From positions 1 through 29,665 of the forward strand of contig JBJTQJ010000109.1 of NCBI GenBank assembly GCA_046075565.1: DNA of 29,665 nt, given 5' to 3'. The notes under the pieces were generated by a model. That model was not told where the DNA came from and did not search any database. It worked only from the letters and a program-made list of their open reading frames with translations. The position numbers and the translations under genes are program-made. This stretch comes from Verrucomicrobiales bacterium (GTDB lineage Bacteria > Verrucomicrobiota > Verrucomicrobiia > Verrucomicrobiales > SLCJ01). Shown here piece by piece: positions 1 to 7,873 of this stretch; within the stretch, counting starts at the first letter, position 1; the number at the start of each line of letters is the position of its first letter.

Positions 1-141
1 GTCAAACACCGCCGCCCCTACGATCCATCGCGACTGGGCAACCCCGAGTTGGCCCGCGCCCGGAAGGAGCGCTACTTGCGCCGCCAAGCCGAGCAACTTG
101 GATCCGCCTTGACTCCGGTCCACGCCGAAGTTTCATAAGAG
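1..141 (+). mobile_element. Right end of an IS110-family insertion sequence: transposase C-terminus (partial CDS <1..138) plus element end
   Basis: Frame 1 from base 1 reads VKHRRPYDPSRLGNPELARARKERYLRRQAEQLGSALTPVHAEVS*, with TAA at 136-138. This resembles the IS110 transposase tail (Y-D...R..L.R.A..LG..L.P). The stop sits inside GTTTCATAAGAG, similar to right ends I recall for this IS110 subgroup. It is absent from the ORF track because its start lies outside the window. Confidence 0.7.
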
Positions 142-393
142 CTGATCGAAAAACCCTTCACCGGCGAAGACAAGACCTTTGCTGAAACCGGTGACGACTT
201 CCGCTTCGCCGCGTCCGTGGCCCTTGCCGCCTCCGTGCTGCGCGAAACCGATGATTTCGGCAAAGCCAATCTGCGCCAGGTGCGTGAGATGGCCGCTGGC
301 GCCAAAGGCAACGACCCCCATGGCTTGCGCACCGAATTCGTCAGCTTGCTTGACCGTCTGGTGGCCAACGAAGACGATCGTCCGCGGCGTTGA
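139..393 (+). pseudogene. Orphaned 3' part of a vWA-domain/YfbK-type gene (DUF3520-like C-terminus), interrupted by the IS110 element
   Basis: Directly after the TAA, frame 1 continues ELIEKPFTGEDKTFAETGDDFRFAASVALAASVLRETDDFGKANLRQVREMAAGAKGNDPHGLRTEFVSLLDRLVANEDDRPRR*. The DFRFAA.VA...LR and G.DP.G.R.EF..L motifs are typical of the YfbK C-terminal domain. No start codon precedes it. Confidence 0.75.
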
Positions 394-403
394 TGGATAT
401 CTT

Positions 404-444
404 CCGGAGGTGCCCGTTCGCGGGCATCTCCGGTTTCTTCGTTT
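404..444 (+). terminator. Rho-independent terminator of the vWA/YfbK gene
   Basis: 13-bp stem CCGGAGGTGCCCG / CGGGCATCTCCGG (one G-U pair), TTCG loop and TTTCTTCGTTT tail, 10 nt after the TGA. Confidence 0.8.
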
Positions 445-513
445 ACGGGTCCTAGGTTTTTTCCCTCCCATGAACTGGGGTAAAGCCGGAACTCCCACCA
501 GCCCAATGAAGCA

Positions 514-1314
514 TCACTTCTGCTGGTAAACGCGCACGTAATCAAAAACCACCTGATCGGGAAGCTTCCCTTTGGCTATATCACCGCCCCAGCCGGAGAG
601 TTCGGTCGAAAGGATGATGAACAAACTCCGACGGGACACCGCCTTGTCCGTGCGCCACGTCTCCTTGCCATTGACGTAAAACACATACTCCTTCGGCGTC
701 CACAACAACCCGAAGGTGTGGAAGCCCTCGCCGATGTTGGGCCTGATTGCCTGGTTGCCGTGCATCTTGTGTTTTTCCCCGTAACCGTCCCAATGGACAC
801 AATGATGAACGGTGTCGGGAGCCCTGCGGTGGAATTCAAAAATGTCGACTTCCGAACCGTCCACCGCCGGATCCCCGGTTTTTCCGAGGGTGGGGGATTG
901 CAGCCAGAAGGCGACATGGGGACCGATCGAGCGGTTCATTTTCGCGCGACATTCGAAGTATCCATAGGTCGGATCGAAGAGGCCCTGCGTGGCAATCTGG
1001 CCAATGAGGTTTTTGCCATCCGGTCCCTTGAGCACGCTGATCACACAATTGCCCTTGCCATCGAGTGAAATGGTCTTGCCTGAAACGACACCGAGCTTGC
1101 GATTGACGCCTTCACCGCGCACCCGCCACTTCTTCGGGTCGAGGGTGGTGCCATTGAATTCATCCTGCCAGACCAGCTTGTAGTCCTCGCGCAGTTCGGC
1201 GGGAATGGCCTCGGGGGGCGATGCCACGGGTTCGGCCGCGGGAGAGAATCCGGCGGTGGAGAGAAACAGTCCGAGAAGGGAACGACCTAGGAGGGCGGAA
1301 CATTGGTTTGTCAT
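514..1314 (-). CDS. Secreted glycoside hydrolase family 16 protein
   Basis: Signal-peptide-like N-terminus (LLGLFLSTAGFSPA), LVWQDEFNG, YGYFECRAK, catalytic E-V-D-I-F-E motif, FHTFGLLWTP and DYVRVYQ. Start placed at ATG 1314. Confidence 0.9.
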   Translation of the reverse strand: MTNQCSALLGRSLLGLFLSTAGFSPAAEPVASPPEAIPAELREDYKLVWQDEFNGTTLDPKKWRVRGEGVNRKLGVVSGKTISLDGKGNCVISVLKGPDGKNLIGQIATQGLFDPTYGYFECRAKMNRSIGPHVAFWLQSPTLGKTGDPAVDGSEVDIFEFHRRAPDTVHHCVHWDGYGEKHKMHGNQAIRPNIGEGFHTFGLLWTPKEYVFYVNGKETWRTDKAVSRRSLFIILSTELSGWGGDIAKGKLPDQVVFDYVRVYQQK

Positions 1315-1420
1315 GGCCAAAGATGAAAGCAAGCCGTCCGGAAATCAACCCCGCTTCCGAACGGTGGGGCGTCGCCAGTTCTCGCTTGACTCCAACCCAT
1401 GGAGGCTATGCAGTTTTGCA

Positions 1421-2173
1421 ATGAAGAAGTCCACCTCACGCGCGAAAACAAGACCCGCCACGATGGGCCTCCGTCTTACGGATGTGCGGGAATGGTTCCA
1501 GTGTATGCCACGGGCCCAGTTTTTTGCCAAAGACTTACATGGCAGGTTCATTGACGCCAACCGCAGCTTCGCGGAACGACTCGGCTTCAAGTCGGAAAAC
1601 GACATACTCGGGTTGTGTGACGAGGATGTTTTCCCTTTCTCCCTCGCCGAACGTTACCGGGAGAGCGACCGGAGGGTCATCGCCACCGGGCGACCAGTGC
1701 TCGGCATTATCGAGTTATTTCCCAATGCCCTCGGTGTGCCTGATTGGTGCGAAACGAACAAACTCTCGCTCGTCGGCGAGGATGGTCGCGTCGGGGTCGT
1801 CTGCGGGAACGTGCGCAGCTACGAGGGTGCGCGCGCCGATCTCCAGCCCTATCTTGACCTTGCTCCCGCCGCCGATCATCTCAAAAAGCACTTCGCCGAA
1901 CGATTCGCTGTGGGTGTGCTCGCCCGTCTCTCCGGAATGTCGGTGCGGCAGTTCGAGCGCCGGTTCCAGCAAACCTTTCGCATGAATCCGCGCACGTATG
2001 TAATTCGGATGCGGGTCGCGGCCGCCGCCGAACTGCTGGTTGGCACCCAGCGCCGGGTCACCGATATTGGCATGGAAGTCGGCTTCTATGATCACAGCGA
2101 CTTTTCCCGCCAGTTCCGGCGATTCATGGGTCTCAGCCCAACCGGCTATCGGAGGCAACTCCATCCGGAATAG
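1421..2173 (+). CDS. AraC-family transcriptional regulator with N-terminal PAS domain
   Basis: PAS motif FFAKDLHGRFIDAN...ILGLCDEDVFP...YRESDRRV and AraC HTH LARLSGMSVRQFERRF...IGMEVGFYDHSDFSRQFRRFMGLSPTGYR. Start is ATG 1421, with 1463 as an alternative. Confidence 0.92.
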   Translation: MKKSTSRAKTRPATMGLRLTDVREWFQCMPRAQFFAKDLHGRFIDANRSFAERLGFKSENDILGLCDEDVFPFSLAERYRESDRRVIATGRPVLGIIELFPNALGVPDWCETNKLSLVGEDGRVGVVCGNVRSYEGARADLQPYLDLAPAADHLKKHFAERFAVGVLARLSGMSVRQFERRFQQTFRMNPRTYVIRMRVAAAAELLVGTQRRVTDIGMEVGFYDHSDFSRQFRRFMGLSPTGYRRQLHPE

Positions 2174-2195
2174 CGTGGCATGTCGTAAAAATACA

Positions 2196-2215
2196 CAACC
2201 ATCCCACAGTTTGGC
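2196..2215. repeat. IS4 terminal inverted repeat (downstream end of transposase)
   Basis: CAACCATCCCACAGTTTGGC matches the reverse complement of 3630-3649 (CAGCCATCCCACAGGATGGC) at 17 of 20 positions. Confidence 0.85.
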
Positions 2216-2339
2216 CGCGAGGGTGCGCAAGCACTGATTTTCCAAGGCCGGGGGTGCGGTTTGGGGTGAATGGCGATTGGGGATTTTGGCGGTCTCTTGT
2301 TATTTCGCTGCTTTGGCGCGCCGATGCTGTCCCGTGACA

Positions 2340-3566
2340 TCATCTGGCGGATGGCGCAAAACCCGGCAACCACGCCTGATCGAGTGCTCCGAGCACCCGG
2401 AACCGGCCCGATGCTGTCCCATAGGATTTTAACAATGCAAGAAGGTCGATCCGCTCCCAGACGGTCGATCTGACCACCGCAAACAATCGCGTGAAGCTGT
2501 GCCCCCACTCCGACAGGTGCGCCATGTAGCGCAGCGGCACATACACCATCAGCGCCGTGTAAACCTGCCACTTCACCGCGTTGGCGTTATGGCCGAGGAA
2601 GCTGCCGAGCTTCAAACTCTGCTTGACCTGCTTGAAGAACACCTTGATGTCCCAGCGGCGGCGGTAGAGGTCGCACACCGATTGTGGACTCCAGTCGAAG
2701 TTGTTGGTGATGAACACCATGATGCGCCACTCACCGTCCACCTCCACCCGCGCCTCCACCCGTCTCACGACCATGCCCTTGTGCTTGCCCTGGAGCGAGA
2801 TGCGCTGGTCCCTGATGATGTTGCCGTGAGGCTTGGACAGGTTCTTGAGCGCCCGGTATTTCATGTTGTCCTTGGCGCGGGTGACCCAGAACACACCCCG
2901 CTCGTCCAGTTCAGACAGATGGAGGAAGTCCACGTAGGCCTTGTCGAAAATCACGATTTCGCCCGACAGAATGCCCGCGCAGACCTCACGGGCCCGTTTG
3001 TTGTCGTGCTCCCCGGCAGTGTCCACAATGGCAAAGGAGGGCAGGAAGCTGTGAAGGTCGAGCCGCAGATGCATCTTGGCCGCCGCCTTGCGTCTGCGGT
3101 GCTTGGCCCAGTCCAGGCAGTTGGCCACCAGCTGCATGACGGTCGAATCCACGGCGTGGATCCTGACCTTGAAGCGCCTGAGCAGCCCCTTGCCTTTCTT
3201 GCCTGCGGCAAAGGACGGGCAGCCATGCTGAAGGTGTCCAAGCAAATCCCAGAAGAGCTTTTCGGCGAACAGCGCGTCGCGCTCCCTGTTGGCGGTGGAC
3301 AGGCCGTTGCGGGAAGGAGGAGAGACGCCGAAGCGGGCGAGAACCGGGGCCTTGAGACGCAGCCAGTCGCACACGTCGTTGAGGCCGATGGCGCGGGACA
3401 ACTGGGCGAAGAGCATCGCCGTGAGATGACTCACGGGAGTGAAGGTGCGGGACTTGTCCTCGGCACCGGTCTCACGGGCGATCCGGTTGATCATTCCCAG
3501 AGGAATGAGCTTGAGCATCTGCTTGAGGACGACGACATTGGCGCGGGTTGGTGTTTTGTTTTGCAT
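2340..3566 (-). CDS. IS4-family transposase (DUF4372-like N-terminus + DDE domain), probably catalytically inactive
   Basis: Motifs HAVDSTV, KMHLRLD and IFDKAY are present. The YREK region reads YRRRWDIKVFFKQVKQ, with K where the catalytic E is expected. Confidence 0.9.
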   Translation of the reverse strand: MQNKTPTRANVVVLKQMLKLIPLGMINRIARETGAEDKSRTFTPVSHLTAMLFAQLSRAIGLNDVCDWLRLKAPVLARFGVSPPSRNGLSTANRERDALFAEKLFWDLLGHLQHGCPSFAAGKKGKGLLRRFKVRIHAVDSTVMQLVANCLDWAKHRRRKAAAKMHLRLDLHSFLPSFAIVDTAGEHDNKRAREVCAGILSGEIVIFDKAYVDFLHLSELDERGVFWVTRAKDNMKYRALKNLSKPHGNIIRDQRISLQGKHKGMVVRRVEARVEVDGEWRIMVFITNNFDWSPQSVCDLYRRRWDIKVFFKQVKQSLKLGSFLGHNANAVKWQVYTALMVYVPLRYMAHLSEWGHSFTRLFAVVRSTVWERIDLLALLKSYGTASGRFRVLGALDQAWLPGFAPSAR

Positions 3567-3629
3567 AACACCCTACCGAGTGGCAGGGATTTCAACTCAA
3601 CACCAGCCCGCTTTCCTTTCTCAAGCTAT

Positions 3630-3649
3630 GCCATCCTGTGGGATGGCTG
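3630..3649. repeat. IS4 terminal inverted repeat (upstream end of transposase)
   Basis: GCCATCCTGTGGGATGGCTG is the inverted counterpart of 2196-2215. Confidence 0.85.
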
Positions 3650-4363
3650 TGAACCTTTATCTTCCCGGTAAAGGCAAGGTGTATCTCCGTGGTCTGAGCC
3701 TGGTGGAGGACCCGGCACCATTCAAGCCGATTCCCAAGGACGCGGCGATGGTCTTCGAGCGATTGCGAAACCTGCATGAATCCCCGGTAACCAAGGACTT
3801 GCTCAACAAAAATCCCATCGACGCAACCGACCGGGCGATTCTCAACGCGGACTTGGCTGAATATAATTTCGACGTCAATAATCAATTGGAGATCCTGAAA
3901 GAACTCCTCCGTGACACCGTCGCCGAAAGCCTCCTCGCGGAATCGATGAACATAGCGGAAGAAGCGCGCGCAATCCGCGCCAAACCGCGAAAGGCATCCT
4001 GAGTTGATCCGACGCGCCGAGGTGGTGGGAAAACAACTGGAGGAACTTCTCAAACTTGCCGCCCCAGCCCCGAATCCGCCCGAATCTGCCCTGGAGATTA
4101 CGCCACCCTCGAACGCGGGGAACGACCTCGAGCCCAAGACGATGGTCGTTAATCTCTCTGCCGATGGCACTCTGACCTTGGCTGGCCAGCCGTGCCCGCT
4201 CGATCAACTGGCTGACCGCCTCAAAGCGCTTGCAGCAAAAGGCCCCGTTTCTATCCGACTCCAGGCCGACAGAAAAACGCCATATCAGCAGGTGGTCAAT
4301 GTTATTGACGCGTGCAGAGTAGCCGGCGTGATGGATGTTAATTTCAAGGCCGAAAAACCATGA
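3650..4363 (+). pseudogene. 5'-truncated, frameshifted multidomain gene ending in an ExbD/TolR-like periplasmic domain
   Basis: Coding-like sequence starts right at the IS end (NLYLPGKGKVYLRGLSLVE...EEARAIRAK). It continues in the +1 frame near 3985 (RERHPELIRRAEVV...MVVNLSADGTLTLAG...IRLQADRKTPYQQVVNVIDACRVAG). The last ~70 aa are ExbD-like but lack the ExbD transmembrane helix. Confidence 0.65.
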
Positions 4364-4602
4364 GATTTCCGTCCATTTTCCAAGAAACCATCACCCGCCG
4401 TGTCCCCATTTGGAATTTCCACGGGGATAAGGACACGGCTGTGGATGTCTCCGAGTCACGCAAGATGGTGGAAGCGTTGAAGAAAGTGAAAGCCAATACC
4501 ACCTACACGGAAATGCCCGGGGAGGGCCATGGCATCGCCGGGAAGTTCCTGAACGACGAGAAAGTCCAGGAATGGTTATTCGGGCAGACAGGAAAACCCT
4601 GA
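4360..4602 (+). pseudogene. Alpha/beta-hydrolase (esterase/peptidase-type) remnant, C-terminal part only
   Basis: PIWNFHGDKDTAV (catalytic Asp) and YTEMPGEGHG (catalytic His) are present. The ORF is only 80 aa and has no GxSxG nucleophile motif. Its ATG overlaps the upstream stop (ATGA). Confidence 0.75.
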
Positions 4603-4635
4603 AAAGCGGGGCCGCCAGGCAGGCAATTCTCCTCA

Positions 4636-6159
4636 TCAAGGAATTACCGGTGTCAGAACCTTTCCTTCTTTGGTCACGGGGCCTGCTGCACCTGCACGAT
4701 TTAGAGCGTCGGAGAGTTCCTCGATCATGCGGTTGAGTTCTTCCGGCTTTTCCCCGGCAAGGTTTTTCGCTTCGAACGGGTCGTCTGCCAGATTGTAGAG
4801 TTCGGCGGTAGGTTTCCCACCATCGGGATGGTAACGGTAGATGATCTTCCAATCGTCCAGGCACAGGCTCGACCAATAGCTCGAACGATGATCATGCGGG
4901 TAGTGCATGAGGAATGTTTTGCGGCGGGCTGGGTCTGGTTGTTCCGTTAGGAGTAGGCTCAAGTCCTGACCATCGACCTGATAGCCATCGGGCGGGTTGG
5001 TTCCAAGGAATCGTGTGAGGCTCGGAAAAATGTCCTCCACCGACGAGATTTGATTCTGGAGGCCACCGCTGGCAATCGGAAGACGGATCTGGTTCGGATT
5101 TGCGGGATTGGGTTTTACCCACGAAGCGAGGAATGGAACCCGAACTCCCCCCTCATAACACGAACCTTTTTTACCGCGCAGCGGGGCCGAGCTGCCCACG
5201 TTTTCCGCCCCGCCCATGGGGCTGTCGCTGCCATTATCGCCAAGGAAAAAGACGAGGGTATTCTCCGCCTTTCCGGATTTTTCGAGATGGTCCAGCAATT
5301 GTCCCAGCGAGGCGTCCATCCCTTCAATGAGCGTGGCGAAGGCCAGCGCGTTCTTCTCCTTCAATGAAGGATAATTGGCCGCGAAACGTGGATCGACCTG
5401 AAAGGGCGTGTGCACGGCATAGTGGGCAATGTTGAGAAAAAAGGGTTTTCCATCCACTGCAGCCTTGTCGATTTCCGCAATAGCCTCCAGCGTGAGGGCT
5501 TCGCTCAGGTGGATGTCCTTCCCGTGGTATTTTTCGAGACCGGGGACATTGTTCGGGTGTTTCGGATTGTTCTTGGCGGCGAAGTTATCTTTTCCTGAGT
5601 AGCTGGAGGGATGGCCGGAAGCACAACCCGCGATATTGACATCAAAGCCGATGGCTCGCGGGTCCTCGGCTGGGGAGCCGATGGGGCCGAAGTGGGCTTT
5701 GCCCACGTGAATGGTGCGATAACCGGCGGAGTTTAACAGGCGGGACAGGGTAACCTGGTCCTTGCCGATGCCCTTCCAATTCCATGCTGGCGGGCCATAC
5801 GGACCCTTGTTGTTTGCCGAGTGGTTGATCCAATTGGTGGTTCCGTGGCGGGCGGGGTTTTGGCCGGTGAGGATCGAAGTTCGCGTGGGGGAACACACGC
5901 TCATGGCTTGGAAGTGGCCGAAGCGGATGCCGCTTTTGGCGAGGCGCTCCATGTTCGGTGTCCGATAGACCTTGTTGCGGGGATACTCCGTTGGTTTGCC
6001 ATCCGGGCCGGCGAGGAAGGGCACGGAAGTGTCCATGATTCCCATATCGTCGATGAGGAAAATGATGATATTCGGCTGACTTGGGGCCGCCGCGGTGGCA
6101 GACGAGGCAAGCATCAAGGCGGAGAGCCCCGGAAGAAGAAGGCGGCGGAATAAGTTCAT
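4636..6159 (-). CDS. Secreted sulfatase (formylglycine-dependent, CSPTR motif)
   Basis: Signal peptide, PNIIIFLIDDMG, VCSPTRTSILTG, GKAHFG, YAVHTP, GDNG, GKKGSCYEGGVRVP and ELYNLADDPFE. True start is ATG 6159 (MNLFRR), not 6534. Confidence 0.95.
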   Translation of the reverse strand: MNLFRRLLLPGLSALMLASSATAAAPSQPNIIIFLIDDMGIMDTSVPFLAGPDGKPTEYPRNKVYRTPNMERLAKSGIRFGHFQAMSVCSPTRTSILTGQNPARHGTTNWINHSANNKGPYGPPAWNWKGIGKDQVTLSRLLNSAGYRTIHVGKAHFGPIGSPAEDPRAIGFDVNIAGCASGHPSSYSGKDNFAAKNNPKHPNNVPGLEKYHGKDIHLSEALTLEAIAEIDKAAVDGKPFFLNIAHYAVHTPFQVDPRFAANYPSLKEKNALAFATLIEGMDASLGQLLDHLEKSGKAENTLVFFLGDNGSDSPMGGAENVGSSAPLRGKKGSCYEGGVRVPFLASWVKPNPANPNQIRLPIASGGLQNQISSVEDIFPSLTRFLGTNPPDGYQVDGQDLSLLLTEQPDPARRKTFLMHYPHDHRSSYWSSLCLDDWKIIYRYHPDGGKPTAELYNLADDPFEAKNLAGEKPEELNRMIEELSDALNRAGAAGPVTKEGKVLTPVIP

Positions 6160-6173
6160 GGTGTGAGAGCCGG

Positions 6174-6199
6174 AACGTTCGCGCGATGGCAGAGCTTTC
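6174..6199 (-). promoter_or_regulatory. Putative ECF-sigma-type promoter for the minus-strand sulfatase
   Basis: The minus strand reads GAAAG (6199-6195), N17, CGTT (6177-6174), 14 nt before the ATG. The same architecture occurs on the opposite strand. Confidence 0.55.
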
Positions 6200-6208
6200 A
6201 TCAACCCC

Positions 6209-6234
6209 GAAAGATAGGCGGGATCGCTCGCGTT
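6209..6234 (+). promoter_or_regulatory. Putative ECF-sigma-type promoter for the plus-strand sulfatase
   Basis: GAAAG (6209-6213), N17, CGTT (6231-6234), 30 nt before ATG 6265. Confidence 0.55.
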
Positions 6235-6264
6235 GATTCCCTGCCTACCCCGATACCGAATCTC

Positions 6265-7803
6265 ATGAAAAGTCTCTTGGTCATATTGAGCCTCATGCTG
6301 CCCTTCTCTACCATGGCGGAGGAGCGGCCGAATATCCTTTGGATCACCAGTGAGGATAACGCCGCGCATTGGCTGGGATGTTACGGCAATGAATTGGCAT
6401 CCACTCCACGGTTGGATCGATTGGCGGGAGAAGGGTTGCGCTTCACCCGGGCCTACGCCAACGGCCCTGTCTGCGCGGTCGCGCGTTCGACGATTCTGAT
6501 GGGCGCCTACGCCACCACCATGGGCACGCAGCACATGCGAAGCCGCTATCCTCTGTCACCCGCATTCATCCCCTACGTAACGCTTCTCCGCCAGGCCGGT
6601 TATTATTGCACCAACAACTCCAAGACCGACTACAATTTCAAAGGCAACGATGCAGCTCTGTGGGACGAATGCTCTCACAAGGCGCATTATCGGAATCGGC
6701 CTGAGGGCAAACCCTTCATGGCGGTTTTCAACATGACGCTGACCCACGAAAGCCAGCTTTTCCCGGGCAATGTCAAAAAGAACCGTCAGAACGGTGTCAT
6801 ACCTAAAAAGCCACGACTGGATCCCGCCGCCATCAAACTTCCTCCCAGTCAGCCCGACTTGCCGGAAATGCGGGAGGACGCCGCCACCTACCATGATTGC
6901 ATGACTGCCATGGATGAAAAAGTAGGAGCAATTCTGGATGAACTCGCCCAAGCCGGTCTGGCGGAAGATACCATTGTCTTTTACTACTCGGATCACGGTG
7001 GAGCGATGGCCCGGGGCAAGCGTTATCTTGAGGATTCGGGAGTGCGTGTGCCCATGCTCGTCCGGATTCCGGAAAAGTGGAGTCGGCTTTCTCCGTGGAA
7101 AGCGGGAACCGCCGTGCCCGAGCCGGTTGCGTTCATTGATCTCGCACCGACCATCCTTTCCCTGACCGGTGTCAAAGCCCCGGAGTCGACCCAAGGACGC
7201 GCGTTTCTTGGCGAGGCTCGCGGCCAAGCCCGGGATGTCGAGTTCGTTTTCGGGGATCGATTCGATGAGAATCCGGGCATGCGGCGGGCCGTCACCGATG
7301 GCAAATACAAGTATATCCGCTGCTTCACTCCCCATCTGCCGGCCACCCCATACTGCGAATATCCGCTCGGGCAGCCCTCGTGGACGGCATGGAAAAAGGC
7401 CGCCGCCGAGGGCAAGGTGACCGGGTATCATCGCGAATTGTGGGAATTGCCGCGCCCGGTGGAAAATCTCTTCGATCTGGAGTCCGACCCATGGGAAATC
7501 AAAAACCTCGCCGGTGACCCGGCCCACGCTGTCGCCTTGGAGGCGATGAGAAGCCGCTTGAAGCATATCATGATCAGCACCAAAGACACCGGAGTGGTTC
7601 CCGAGAGTTTATGGGAGGAACTCGCGGCCTCTTCGACCATCCGCCAGCTTGTCGTTGAGGCAGGTGAAGCGCACCGACGGTGGGTCGAGTTGGCTTTTCT
7701 GGCGACCTCCGGTCAACCCATCGATTCTTGGCCCAAAGGAAGTGTGGGGGATAGCAAGGTCGATGCCTACTGGGTGGAATTGGCGAAAACCCTCCGGAAG
7801 TGA
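6265..7803 (+). CDS. Secreted sulfatase (non-canonical CAVAR motif)
   Basis: Signal peptide MKSLLVILSLMLPFSTMA, PNILWITSEDN, VCAVARSTILMG, KTDYN, SDHG, RGKR, DLAPT and LFDLESDPWE. Start is ATG 6265. Confidence 0.93.
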   Translation: MKSLLVILSLMLPFSTMAEERPNILWITSEDNAAHWLGCYGNELASTPRLDRLAGEGLRFTRAYANGPVCAVARSTILMGAYATTMGTQHMRSRYPLSPAFIPYVTLLRQAGYYCTNNSKTDYNFKGNDAALWDECSHKAHYRNRPEGKPFMAVFNMTLTHESQLFPGNVKKNRQNGVIPKKPRLDPAAIKLPPSQPDLPEMREDAATYHDCMTAMDEKVGAILDELAQAGLAEDTIVFYYSDHGGAMARGKRYLEDSGVRVPMLVRIPEKWSRLSPWKAGTAVPEPVAFIDLAPTILSLTGVKAPESTQGRAFLGEARGQARDVEFVFGDRFDENPGMRRAVTDGKYKYIRCFTPHLPATPYCEYPLGQPSWTAWKKAAAEGKVTGYHRELWELPRPVENLFDLESDPWEIKNLAGDPAHAVALEAMRSRLKHIMISTKDTGVVPESLWEELAASSTIRQLVVEAGEAHRRWVELAFLATSGQPIDSWPKGSVGDSKVDAYWVELAKTLRK

Positions 7804-7873
7804 GCTTCGAAGTTCCGTCCGGCGCAATGCCTGAATTCTGAAATCCGCGTCCGTCTGCTAAGGAAACACACAG

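Larger units (their letters stand above)
2196..3649 (-). mobile_element. IS4-family insertion sequence (1454 bp)
   Basis: A DDE transposase ORF is bounded by imperfect 20-bp terminal inverted repeats that start with CA. No flanking direct repeat is present. Confidence 0.9.

Noticed and set aside
136-138. Stop-codon read-through or recoding giving a transposase-YfbK fusion
   Set aside because: The stop is TAA with no recoding signal visible. An in-frame junction occurs by chance one time in three.
72-545. ORF-track entries 72..545(-), 133..498(-) and 179..529(+)
   Set aside because: They are shadow frames over the frame-1 IS110 tail, the YfbK tail and the terminator, and carry no recognisable motifs.
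3439-3649. N-terminal part of ORF 3439..4002
   Set aside because: It lies inside the IS4 element. Only the sequence after 3650 is real gene remnant.
2499-3671. 390-aa plus-strand ORF antisense to the IS4 transposase
   Set aside because: It lies wholly antisense to a GC-rich gene and has no motifs. Such open antisense frames are expected.
4004-4363. Standalone exbD gene
   Set aside because: It has no TM helix with the conserved Asp, no exbB/tonB neighbours and a weak TTG start. It reads better as the frameshifted tail of the upstream fragment.
6160-6534. Overlapping N-terminal extensions of the two divergent sulfatases (starts 6534 and 6163)
   Set aside because: Signal peptides begin at ATG 6159 and ATG 6265, which leaves a clean 105-bp intergenic region with promoter-like motifs.
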